Shown here: positions 19,923 through 28,516 of the stretch, one piece after another | How positions within the stretch are numbered: position 1 is the stretch's first letter | How the letters are laid out: the number at the start of each line of letters is the position of its first letter | Assembly (NCBI GenBank): GCA_050011655.1 | Contig: JBEKIR010000001.1 | Location: 4,519-68,518, forward strand | DNA: 64,000 bases | Origin: Halobacteriota archaeon | Lineage (GTDB): Archaea > Halobacteriota > Bog-38 > Methanoflorentales > Methanoflorentaceae | Reading direction: 5' to 3' | Notes under the pieces: model-generated | The model's database searches: none | Seen by the model: only the letters and a program-made list of their open reading frames with translations | Told to the model about the DNA's origin: nothing | Translations under genes and position numbers: made by a program

Positions 19923-20822
19923 ATGGACGACGCCAGCGGCGCAGCCCAAAAGCTCCACGCTGCAACTTTTTCAGTAGTTGTCAATGTGCTTCTGCTCTCC
20001 GCGAAAATTATCGTGGGGGTTGCAAGCGGCAGTCTAGGAATGCTCGCCGAAGCGGCCCATTCGCTGCTCGACCTTCTTGCTTCGGGCTTTGCTTACACGG
20101 GCATCAGAAGCGCAAATAGACCACTTGACGAAGAACATCCCTACGGGCACGAGAAGTTCGAAAACTTTTCAAGCCTCGTACAGACCGCACTTCTAGGCGT
20201 TACAAGCATATGGATCTTCTATGAGGCGGGCCTGCGACTTCTCACAGGATTTGCTATCCAGATAGACAATACGCTTTATTACGCCATCGCCATTATGATT
20301 TTTGCCATCATCGCAGATTTCTGCGTTTCGAGGTATCTGTTTCAAAACGCCCGAAGATACGGAAGTTCAGCCTTAGAAGCCGACGCTTATCATTTCTCAA
20401 CGGACATTTATAGCTCAGCAGCTGTGCTTCTCGGCTTGGCGGCAGCCAAGTTCGGTTATGTCGTCGTCGACCCTTTGGCCGCGATCTTCGTTGCGATTAT
20501 TATGCTTACGACTTCTATCCGGCTCGGGCGAAAAACGACTCGGGTCCTCGTCGACGCCGCCCCACCAAAGGAAATAACGTCAAAAATCAGAGACGTTATA
20601 ACGGATAACCGCGACATAACTGCCTTCCACGATCTTCGGGCCCGGCAAGCCGGCAGCAGCATATTCGTGGACGTAAGCATCCATGTCCGGCCGAACCTTA
20701 GTCTTGAAGACGCTCACAACATCGCCAACAAACTGGAAAAAGACATAAAAGCGTGCGTGCCAAACGTTAAGGAGGCCATTATTCACATCGAACCGGAGAC
20801 GTCGACGCGAGAAACGACATGA
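19923..20822 (+). CDS. cation diffusion facilitator (CDF) family divalent-metal efflux transporter
   Basis: 6 TM helices, HSLLD motif in TM2, C-terminal cytoplasmic domain; stop overlaps next start (ATGA). Confidence 0.85.
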   Translation: MDDASGAAQKLHAATFSVVVNVLLLSAKIIVGVASGSLGMLAEAAHSLLDLLASGFAYTGIRSANRPLDEEHPYGHEKFENFSSLVQTALLGVTSIWIFYEAGLRLLTGFAIQIDNTLYYAIAIMIFAIIADFCVSRYLFQNARRYGSSALEADAYHFSTDIYSSAAVLLGLAAAKFGYVVVDPLAAIFVAIIMLTTSIRLGRKTTRVLVDAAPPKEITSKIRDVITDNRDITAFHDLRARQAGSSIFVDVSIHVRPNLSLEDAHNIANKLEKDIKACVPNVKEAIIHIEPETSTRETT

Positions 20823-21775
20823 TCGAAGTAGTTGCGCCATCGAGACTTCATATCACCCTCATTGACTTGAACGGCTCGCTCGGACGCATTGATGGGGGCG
20901 TCGGACTCACTCTCAACTTTCCATCAGTGAAGATCAACGCGCGAGAGGATGCTCAGCTTGCGGTTCTAGGAAACACAACGTTCGGAGACCGAATAAGAAG
21001 AGCAGCGTCAGCGATCATGATGCGGCACGACGTCGGGGGCGTAGCGATCGAGGTCGTCGACGAATTTCCTGCTCACGTTGGACTAGGCTCAGGAACCCAA
21101 GTCGCGCTAGCAGTCGGAACGGCGATAAGCGAACTCTACGACCTGCGCTTGACGCCAACGGCCATTGCCCAACTAACGGGAAGGGGGGGCACCTCTGGTA
21201 TCGGCGTCGCGGCGTACGAGCGGGGGGGATTCATCATTGATGGAGGTCACAAAGGCAAGACGGCGTTCTTGCCATCGTCGGCTTCTGGAAAATATGCCCC
21301 AGCCCCAATGATCGTCCGTCACGATTTTCCGGATTGGACGATCGTTCTTGCCATACCAAATCTACACGGTGCGAGCGACAGACGCGAGGTCGATATATTC
21401 AAACAAAAGTGCCCGCTGCCGCTCACCGAGATCCAGGAGCTTTGCCACGTTATTTTGATGGAATTGCTTCCGGCAGTCGTGGAACGAGACATCGAAAGTT
21501 TCGGCCAATCGATCGATCGAGTTCAGATGCTAGGTTTCAAGCGCCGAGAACTTGAGCTACAGCCGTTCTGCGCGCGTCTCGTTCAATTCATGAGAGATAA
21601 CGGGGCGCTGGGTGCCGGAATGAGTTCGTTTGGCCCCGCCGTATATGGGATAGCTGACGGAAAGCGGCTGCAACTTGTAGTTCAGCGTTACTTGGACGAG
21701 ACTACCGGAGGCGCAGTCCACACAGTAAAAGCGCAAAACAGCGGCGCGCGCGTCCGCGAGATCTCGTTGGGCTAA
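20819..21775 (+). CDS. GHMP-kinase-fold protein, beta-ribofuranosylaminobenzene 5'-phosphate (beta-RFAP) synthase family-like
   Basis: N-terminal PSRLHITLIDLNG..GRIDGG and GHMP-like VGLGSGTQVALAVGTAI motifs; 318 aa. Confidence 0.55.
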   Translation: MIEVVAPSRLHITLIDLNGSLGRIDGGVGLTLNFPSVKINAREDAQLAVLGNTTFGDRIRRAASAIMMRHDVGGVAIEVVDEFPAHVGLGSGTQVALAVGTAISELYDLRLTPTAIAQLTGRGGTSGIGVAAYERGGFIIDGGHKGKTAFLPSSASGKYAPAPMIVRHDFPDWTIVLAIPNLHGASDRREVDIFKQKCPLPLTEIQELCHVILMELLPAVVERDIESFGQSIDRVQMLGFKRRELELQPFCARLVQFMRDNGALGAGMSSFGPAVYGIADGKRLQLVVQRYLDETTGGAVHTVKAQNSGARVREISLG

Positions 21776-21814
21776 CAGACTCCGGATTCCTCGCGAGGAG
21801 GTCAAGAGATTCGT

Positions 21815-22348
21815 ATGAAAGATCTGAACGTTCCACTGTCGAAGGCGCAGCGATTGTTATTGATGACAGACGGCTCAGTTACGACTCTGCTCGAAGTGCT
21901 GACCGGGAAACCTGTTGTCGTGAAGACGTTGCTTCAACAGGTCGTCAGAGCGGACACCGAAAGAGCCGCGGCGTTGGACGTAGAGGAAGGCGACAACATA
22001 AACTATCGCGTCGTTGTTCTCAAAAACGACGACGACGCCCGACCGCTGATCTACGCCGAGTCCTACACGCCTATCGCACGCGTGCAAAAAGAGTTCAGAC
22101 ACGACCTAATGAAAGCTGACATACCGATAGGACGAATCTTGACGCAGCGAAGAATTGAATCACGACGGGAAATCAGAAGAGTTGATACCACTTCGAACGA
22201 CGAGCTTAGCGACTTGTTTGGCGTCCCTCATAACGTGCTGCTGCTGTCTCGGACATACGATATCATTAGTCACGGAATGGTGCTAATGCGGATCACTGAG
22301 ACATTCCCTTCCACGAGTTTTGTAAAAAACGCTGTGGAAGGCCCTTGA
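21815..22348 (+). CDS. chorismate pyruvate-lyase-like protein (DUF98/UbiC fold)
   Basis: LMTDGSVTTLLEVLTG motif characteristic of UbiC/DUF98 family; 177 aa. Confidence 0.55.
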   Translation: MKDLNVPLSKAQRLLLMTDGSVTTLLEVLTGKPVVVKTLLQQVVRADTERAAALDVEEGDNINYRVVVLKNDDDARPLIYAESYTPIARVQKEFRHDLMKADIPIGRILTQRRIESRREIRRVDTTSNDELSDLFGVPHNVLLLSRTYDIISHGMVLMRITETFPSTSFVKNAVEGP

Positions 22349-22441
22349 CTATCGCCCGCCGAGAGCGCCACCCAAACTGAAGATATTAGCTTTGTGTTCC
22401 TCACCGGAGCACCTCGCCTCGACACCGTAACAGCTCCTTAG

Positions 22442-23656
22442 TCACCGCACTCTCTTCAATACCACGGCGATTACTGCCGCAAACAGCAACCCAAACATCG
22501 CTGACACAGTTTCGAATCCGGGCAAAAGTGTTGGAGCGCGCTGACCCGCATTGCCTGTCGTATTGACGTATGTGGTTGAAGTGGTAGATGCCGCAGCAGA
22601 CGGGGAAGCAGATGGCGTCGCAGTCGGGTGAACCATACCATAGTTCTCGACAAGCTTGAAAAGAGGATATTTATCTCCGCCAAATGGGGTGTCTCCGATT
22701 CTGTTCCAGTCTGCATCGGATCCGACATAATTTGAGTAGTAGTTACCGACGAATCCGCTAAACGAATTGCCGCTGAAGGTATAGTTGAGCGGCGTTGTGG
22801 AGTTGATCTTGTTGCCTCTTGCGCATAGAAATTACTTTTCTCGGCCAAGAAGTTATTGAAATGGGACGTGTTAGCTTGCGAGTCACTGATAAGCACACCG
22901 TTTTCAGCATTTGCCTTAAAGGTGTTGAACCAGAACTGGTTATTGTCGGTTCCGTCGCGAAGACGCGCGCCAAATTGAGCGTTCGAGCTGAGCGTGTTGT
23001 TTGAAAACGCGTTATTCTTTGAGTTGAATGGAGATGCCCCAAAGTTTTGGTTGTTGCTCAATTCACAGTGCGTGACATTGTCGCGTTCGAGTTAAACATG
23101 TAAATGCCGTCGCTTAGTGACGCATTTCCGCCGCCGCCTTTTTCATTCGAGGCGCTGTTATTCGAAAGTTTGTTTCGGCATCACCCATCTAAGTAGATGC
23201 CAAAACCGTTATTGTTTAGGTTGTTGTTGCCTATCAGATTGCCTGTGGCGCCAGCTACGTAGACCCCTAAAACGTTGCCATTCACCACGCACGCGGTAAG
23301 TACGCAGTTCGATGTGCGCCCAAACGCGACCCCCATCTTTCCCGCGGTTATGGTGAACCCCTGGATCGTAATGTTGCTACCGCTCAGCAGGAAAACGTCT
23401 TTGCTCGTTTCAGCAGCCTTGACTACCATTGCTGATGCTCCATTTGAAGAAACAACAGTGAGGGGCTTATCGACCACGATATTTTCGACATAAGTTCCAA
23501 GCTAAACGAGTACAGTGTCGCCTAGCTGTGCAGCTTTAACGGCTTCCGAGATCGTCCGATACTGTCCTCCCGCTCCTACCTAATTTCAGCGGCGTTTGCC
23601 CAAAGGATCGCTGTCGATATGCACGCGGCAAAAACGAAACACGCTGCAACTAACTG
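22442..23656 (-). pseudogene. disrupted secreted right-handed beta-helix (pectate-lyase/NosD-like) surface protein with PGF-CTERM sorting signal
   Basis: pieces in different frames: signal peptide MQLVAACFVFAACISTAILWANA; GGQYRTISEAVKAAQLGDTVLV-TAG-LGTYVENIV...NNNGFGIYLDG; NNSASNEKGGGGNASLSDGIYMFNSNA; N-rich repeats; C-terminal PGFETVSAMFGLLFAAVIAVVLKRVR; at least 3 frameshifts and 1 in-frame TAG. Confidence 0.7.
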
Positions 23657-23895
23657 CATGACTTGTTCGCGTTCACAATTGCAGGAAAAAACAAAATTCG
23701 GCGATTTCAGAGTCGAGTGAGCGCAATGCTGCAACAGACTCTTGTATCTGCAGTTTGCCGAATATATAAAATACCAAAATGGGACAAAAACGCCCAAAAC
23801 ATCAAACGTTGGAATAAGGAGCTGCGAGACGCACGCAGAACAAGATTCCTGTAGAAAACTAATCTGAACTGGCCGCGTGGGCAGAAATTGCTTCG

Positions 23896-24465
23896 CTAAG
23901 AGGTTACAACTAAGTGCACAGGGGGGAGTTCTGAGGATTGATACATGTTGTTACCCGCATAGCTAACCGTCAGCGTGTGCGAGCCGCTTGTGGCCGTCCA
24001 ATCAAAATTTGCAGTTGCAAAGCACCTACCTTCTGTCGGCGACTGCGGATGCACCTGTCCCACCGATTTACCGTCGATCAAAACAGTGACGGTGGCCCCG
24101 TTACCGCAAAGTATGTGCCCCTGTGCAATTACCTCAAATGCCCAACTCACCTTCGTTCCCTGCGTTATAGGGCTTTGTGTTTGCGAGAGGAAGGTAGGGC
24201 TGCCACTAATCGAGGTGGCAATTTTCCCCGATGCTGGAGGTACTGCAGTCGGCGTCGCGCTAGCGCTGGGTGACGGCTTGACGCTTGAGGCCGTTTTGAC
24301 CGCTGACGAACTCGACTTTGTCGTAGTTGACGCATTCGTTGACGACGTATTTGAGCTCGAGCTCGCGACTTGTGGGCTAGTTTGAGTTGGCGAAGAACAG
24401 CCAGCTACCAAGATAATGGCGATCACCGTCGCGAGCACTAACAAAGAGAGACGACTTTTCTTCAT
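23896..24465 (-). CDS. secreted lipoprotein with Ser/Thr-rich linker and Ig-like domain
   Basis: signal peptide plus lipobox LVAGC; long S/T-rich low-complexity linker; C-terminal beta-rich Ig-like domain; TATA TTATTATATAAGG about 30 nt upstream. Confidence 0.6.
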   Translation of the reverse strand: MKKSRLSLLVLATVIAIILVAGCSSPTQTSPQVASSSSNTSSTNASTTTKSSSSAVKTASSVKPSPSASATPTAVPPASGKIATSISGSPTFLSQTQSPITQGTKVSWAFEVIAQGHILCGNGATVTVLIDGKSVGQVHPQSPTEGRCFATANFDWTATSGSHTLTVSYAGNNMYQSSELPPVHLVVTS

Positions 24466-24624
24466 GTTGTTTGCCCAGATATCGTAACTATACGCGGCCC
24501 TTATATAATAATGACGATAACGCTCGTGAGCTGTCGCTTTACGGATTTACGCGCGTCCGCACCAATGCAGTCGAAGGTGATGGCGTTACATGCCGCTGAC
24601 AGACGCACACGCGTGTTTCCCCCT

Positions 24625-26379
24625 TTAAGCTCCTCTCTGCCAGACAGCGCCGTCGGTGCCGCGCACAAAGACGTCGATCACACCATTAGCCGGTGACGTC
24701 GCAGCGGGTGACGACGTCAGATTTCCGCCGAGGGATGCCCAGGCTGACCACGCTGACCCTTGGAGCGACTTGTGCCAGAGCGCGTGGTCGGTGCCCTGTA
24801 CAAAGGCGTCGAGGCTGTTTGCATTCTGCGCGTACACGGCAGGGCCGGTGCCGGAGGCAAGTTGCCCACCGAGGCTGGACCAGTTAGACCAGGATGCCCC
24901 TCCATTCGTGGTAGACCTAGACCATAGGGCGCCGTTGGTGCCGCGTACAAAGACGTCGATCACACCATTAGCCGGTGACGTCGCAGCGGGTGACGACGCC
25001 AGATTTCCGCCGAGGGACTTCCACGACGACCACTTCGTGCCATCCCAGTGCGTATACCAGAGCGCGTGGTCGGTGCCCTGTACAAAGGCGTCGAGGCTGT
25101 TTGCATTCTGCGCGCACACGGCAGGGCCGGTGCCGGAAGCACTTTGCCCACCGATCGTTTTCCATGAGCCCCAAGTGCCTCCCGAGAGCTGCTTAGAGTA
25201 GAGAGCGCCGTTGGTGCCTCCCGCAAGTACGTCCATCACCCCGTTAGCCGGTGACGTCGCAGCGGGTGACGACGCCAGATTTCCTCCGAGGGATGCCCAG
25301 GCTGACCACGCTGACCCTTGGAACGACTTGTGCCAGAGCGTGTGGTCGGTGCCCTGTACAAAGGCGTCGAGGCTGTTTGCATTCTGCGCGCACACGGCAG
25401 GGCCGGTGCCGGAAGCAAGTTGCCCGCCGAGGCTTGACCAGGAGCCCCCGAAGGGGGCAGAGCTACTCGGTGGGTAATACGTTTGTAGGTCTGCGACTAC
25501 CGATTCGAGTCCGCATGCTTTATAGTTGCTAAGCCCCCGAGGACTAGCACCGCACCATGCGTGGAAGCTGGTGAAGCCGATTCCATTAGCATACGACCAA
25601 TCTAACATTGACTTGTAACTGGGTGTGCTGCCGCTAAGTGAGTTGGCAAGTATCTGGTTGGCGCCTCTGGTATTGTTCCACACGCCGGCGAGGATTCCGT
25701 TCTGGATTCCAAGCGCAGCGGCCTGTGTTGATCCATTTTGCATGTAAGGCCACTCTGCTGTGTAGTAGCTCTCCCAGCTGTTCGCGACCGTAAATGGGTC
25801 CTTATACACGTTTCCCCACAGACCACACTGATCACAGTTGAAGTTCACATAACCTTGGAAGTAATTCTTCATGTAAGCGAGATCGCCAGTCCTGCCGCCT
25901 TCCGAGGCGACGTAGTGCCAGCCGGCGTTTTCAAGTGATTGGAAGTAGCTGCTGAAGTTGGTAATCGGCGTGTTCGATAGCTGCCCCTCGTTCCAAATGG
26001 GCGCCTCAACATCAATAATCGGCGTCATGCCAAGCGATTTGATCTTATTAAGCTCCGTCTGGTACGTTTGGTTGTCGGGAACAACCAAAACAACTGCAGT
26101 GAATCCGTGTTGTTGAAAATAGCTCAGAGAGGAGCCATCATCTACCATTGACGGCGGGCAACCAATCCAATACTGTATCGGATGCGTCGTTGCGCCTACT
26201 AATGGCTGCGCGCCCGTCGCGTTCGCAGCAAAAGGAGTACTAATCGCCGCGTTTGCGGTTGCAGCGGTCAGAGTGATCAAAACCGTGCCCAAAAGCAAAA
26301 GATATGAGAACTTCTTGAAGCGCTGAGTCCAGCAGTGCATTCGGGCGCGCGTTTTGTTGCAAGACACTGACTTCTCCAT
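24625..26379 (-). CDS. secreted two-domain protein: N-terminal putative glycoside-hydrolase-like domain plus C-terminal 6-bladed tectonin/PLL-like beta-propeller (lectin-like) repeats
   Basis: signal peptide; about 270-aa Trp/Tyr-rich domain with WNEG motif; three about 93-aa near-identical repeats SLGG.L.S.PAATSPANGV.DVFVRGT.GALW...G..WS.W. Confidence 0.6.
   Translation of the reverse strand: MEKSVSCNKTRARMHCWTQRFKKFSYLLLLGTVLITLTAATANAAISTPFAANATGAQPLVGATTHPIQYWIGCPPSMVDDGSSLSYFQQHGFTAVVLVVPDNQTYQTELNKIKSLGMTPIIDVEAPIWNEGQLSNTPITNFSSYFQSLENAGWHYVASEGGRTGDLAYMKNYFQGYVNFNCDQCGLWGNVYKDPFTVANSWESYYTAEWPYMQNGSTQAAALGIQNGILAGVWNNTRGANQILANSLSGSTPSYKSMLDWSYANGIGFTSFHAWCGASPRGLSNYKACGLESVVADLQTYYPPSSSAPFGGSWSSLGGQLASGTGPAVCAQNANSLDAFVQGTDHTLWHKSFQGSAWSAWASLGGNLASSPAATSPANGVMDVLAGGTNGALYSKQLSGGTWGSWKTIGGQSASGTGPAVCAQNANSLDAFVQGTDHALWYTHWDGTKWSSWKSLGGNLASSPAATSPANGVIDVFVRGTNGALWSRSTTNGGASWSNWSSLGGQLASGTGPAVYAQNANSLDAFVQGTDHALWHKSLQGSAWSAWASLGGNLTSSPAATSPANGVIDVFVRGTDGAVWQRGA
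24630..25500 (-). repeat. three tandem near-identical 276-282 bp coding repeats (two propeller blades each)
   Basis: unit starts at about 24671, 24953, 25229; long stretches almost identical at DNA level. Confidence 0.85.
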
Positions 26380-26607
26380 GGTGCATCAACTGACGGAAGC
26401 AAGCCGCAACAACAACAGGTTGCGAGTTGTGGCCCTTAAATGGGCTTACAAATCTTTTTGCGATCGTACTTAATATTTGTTATTTGTTTTTTTTCGTTTT
26501 GGACTCTCTGGAGCGAGTAACGCCTCAAATCTCGTTGATATTCGCTGCGGGACGAAAAGGAGAATGAAGACTGAGCGACGCCTTGTCCAACGTACATTTA
26601 TAACGCG

Positions 26608-27543
26608 CTAGAGCTCCGGTGTACTTTCCGTACTTGTTATACGCTCGATCGCCGAATTTGCGGGCTTTCTGGCATATTTCCGATAGATGACTGAAAAGCC
26701 TAAAAACCACACGGGAAAAAGTATGTAGCTTGCGTAGTCGTGTACCGCCCACAGGGCGTTAGCGCCGTAGTAGTATCCAGCTGCGAACAGCAACAGCAGC
26801 CTGACGAAGTTCTGGAGATAGGCCCCGACAACCCCCAAAATAAACAGTCCCATCAGAGCCTTATTTTGGGGTTTTCGGTCTATAAGCATGAGTCCAAAAA
26901 TCGCCAGGAATATTGCTAGCGAGTCACTTCCCGCGCATCGCGTATCGACCTGCGCAGCAATGCTGCTACCCAGTAGGCTGTTCACCGTGACGGTAACCCC
27001 GTCCAAAGTGACAGGGAGTCCGAAAAGTTGCAATGTTGATACGGAGAGGATAGCGGTTGCTCTCGCAAAAGGGGTCGCTACCGTACTTTCGAGCAGCACA
27101 GGAAAACCAACAGCAATTCCGAATAATCCCAACAACATAAGGGGTATTTTTGACGCTTTTCCAAAGAAGAGCGTGACTTGAGCGACGATAACGAAGCCAA
27201 TGGCAAAAAGAATTGCTGGAAGCGAGTCTAAAAAGGCGGCGACGTAGTACATGAATCCTAAGGAGGCGCCGACAAGTATTGCGCCGAACAATAGCCATTT
27301 AGTATCAGTGGCGCCGCGGGCGTCCTCGAGAATATCGGTTCGTTTAATGTAAATCCACAGGACGCATAGAGCCAGAACTGCCCACAAATAAAACCCATTT
27401 TGTTTAAGCGTAGCGTAATCTAAGAGGAGTGTGCTGTTGCCAAACGCACTCCTAAATATCCCAAAAGTCAAAGCGAGGCACGCAAACAGCAACCCTGCCT
27501 TTAGCATGGCGCTTTGATTCTGCCTGAGTAGCGAAGTATCCAT
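26608..27543 (-). CDS. artA: archaeosortase (exosortase/archaeosortase family, ArtA-like)
   Basis: 311 aa, about 8 TM helices, conserved Cys in TRCAGSDSLAIF (C-[SA]-G exosortase motif) and downstream Arg; PGF-CTERM substrates at 22442 and 44479. Confidence 0.65.
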   Translation of the reverse strand: MDTSLLRQNQSAMLKAGLLFACLALTFGIFRSAFGNSTLLLDYATLKQNGFYLWAVLALCVLWIYIKRTDILEDARGATDTKWLLFGAILVGASLGFMYYVAAFLDSLPAILFAIGFVIVAQVTLFFGKASKIPLMLLGLFGIAVGFPVLLESTVATPFARATAILSVSTLQLFGLPVTLDGVTVTVNSLLGSSIAAQVDTRCAGSDSLAIFLAIFGLMLIDRKPQNKALMGLFILGVVGAYLQNFVRLLLLFAAGYYYGANALWAVHDYASYILFPVWFLGFSVIYRKYARKPANSAIERITSTESTPEL

Positions 27544-27661
27544 CAGTTTATTTGCCTCGCAGAAATCGCATCAGAAACCTGCAACTTGATAGAACGACTT
27601 GCGTTAACGACAGTCTTAATACCAAATACGATTTGTGAAAACGTGTTAGATATACTTTTTT

Positions 27662-28516
27662 GTGGAAATGACGATGTCTAAAACCCCCGCCGCGATAAGA
27701 ATTGACGTCGACAGCACACGAGATATCGCCCTCCTGCCTGAACTTCTCGATTTGTTGAAATGTCTTGGCATCAAAGGGACTTTTTTCGTCACCACAGGCC
27801 CCGACAGGCTCGCGCTCAATTTCCTCGAACACCTCGCTCGTCCGCGAAGTTACGCGCAGTTCATCAAGTCGAGGCCGCTGAGATACGGGGCCTATAGTCT
27901 CAATGGTATCTTGCGCAGCACGGAAGTCGAAGCTGCATCACCAGAGATTCTGCAAAGAGTCAAAGAAGATGGACACGAACTGGGACTACACGGGTACGAC
28001 CACTTCACGTGGATTAGCAAATTGTCAATGATGGACGAGACAGCCATCAAACAGTTGATTAACGCCGGCATAACGGCGCTCGAGGCTGTAACTAAGGCCG
28101 AAGCCAAGAGCTTCGCATCGCCAGGATTCACTGTTACAAGCGCTATGCTTCGAGCTATAGATGCGTTTGATTTCGATTACTCGAGCGATTTCAAGGGCAA
28201 CCGCCCTATACCTCCATTTTACCCCGAGACAGGTTCGGACATGAGCGGGGTCTTAGAAGTGCCCGTTTCGATGGATTCGATCGGTGAGCTTTTCACGAAG
28301 GGGTTATCCGCAGACGAGATCAAAACGAGAATATCTGCGTGCGCAGATGTTTGGCACAGCAACCGATTACCGTTCGTGGTATATGCTCACCCGGCGTACG
28401 AACTAGGCTGCCAGAAAGGCCTCTTCGCTTCGGTCCTACAAGATTTACACGAAGACCCGCGCTTTGAGTTCTCAACGCTGGCTCAAATTGCCCGACAATG
28501 GAAGGTGCGCGTTTGA
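27662..28516 (+). CDS. polysaccharide deacetylase, CE4/NodB family (ArnD-like)
   Basis: IRIDVDSTRD ... GTFFVTTGPDR ... HGYDH motifs typical of NodB/ArnD deacetylases. Confidence 0.7.
   Translation: MEMTMSKTPAAIRIDVDSTRDIALLPELLDLLKCLGIKGTFFVTTGPDRLALNFLEHLARPRSYAQFIKSRPLRYGAYSLNGILRSTEVEAASPEILQRVKEDGHELGLHGYDHFTWISKLSMMDETAIKQLINAGITALEAVTKAEAKSFASPGFTVTSAMLRAIDAFDFDYSSDFKGNRPIPPFYPETGSDMSGVLEVPVSMDSIGELFTKGLSADEIKTRISACADVWHSNRLPFVVYAHPAYELGCQKGLFASVLQDLHEDPRFEFSTLAQIARQWKVRV

Noticed and set aside
22442-23656. In-frame TAG in the beta-helix gene as a pyrrolysine/readthrough codon
   Set aside because: The same gene also carries at least three frameshifts, so decay is the simpler explanation. 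No pylT/pylS/pylBCD or methylamine methyltransferase genes are visible in the window.
24630-25500. Regularly spaced direct repeats that could be mistaken for a CRISPR array
   Set aside because: Repeat period is 276-282 bp (not 25-40 bp repeats with 30-40 bp spacers), the units are in-frame coding sequence of a beta-propeller protein, and no cas genes are nearby.
24656-25532. Cluster of overlapping 60-180 aa ORFs in several frames on both strands
   Set aside because: Artefacts of the high-GC tandem repeat tract within the lectin gene. The only frame with a coherent protein is the minus-strand 584-aa ORF.
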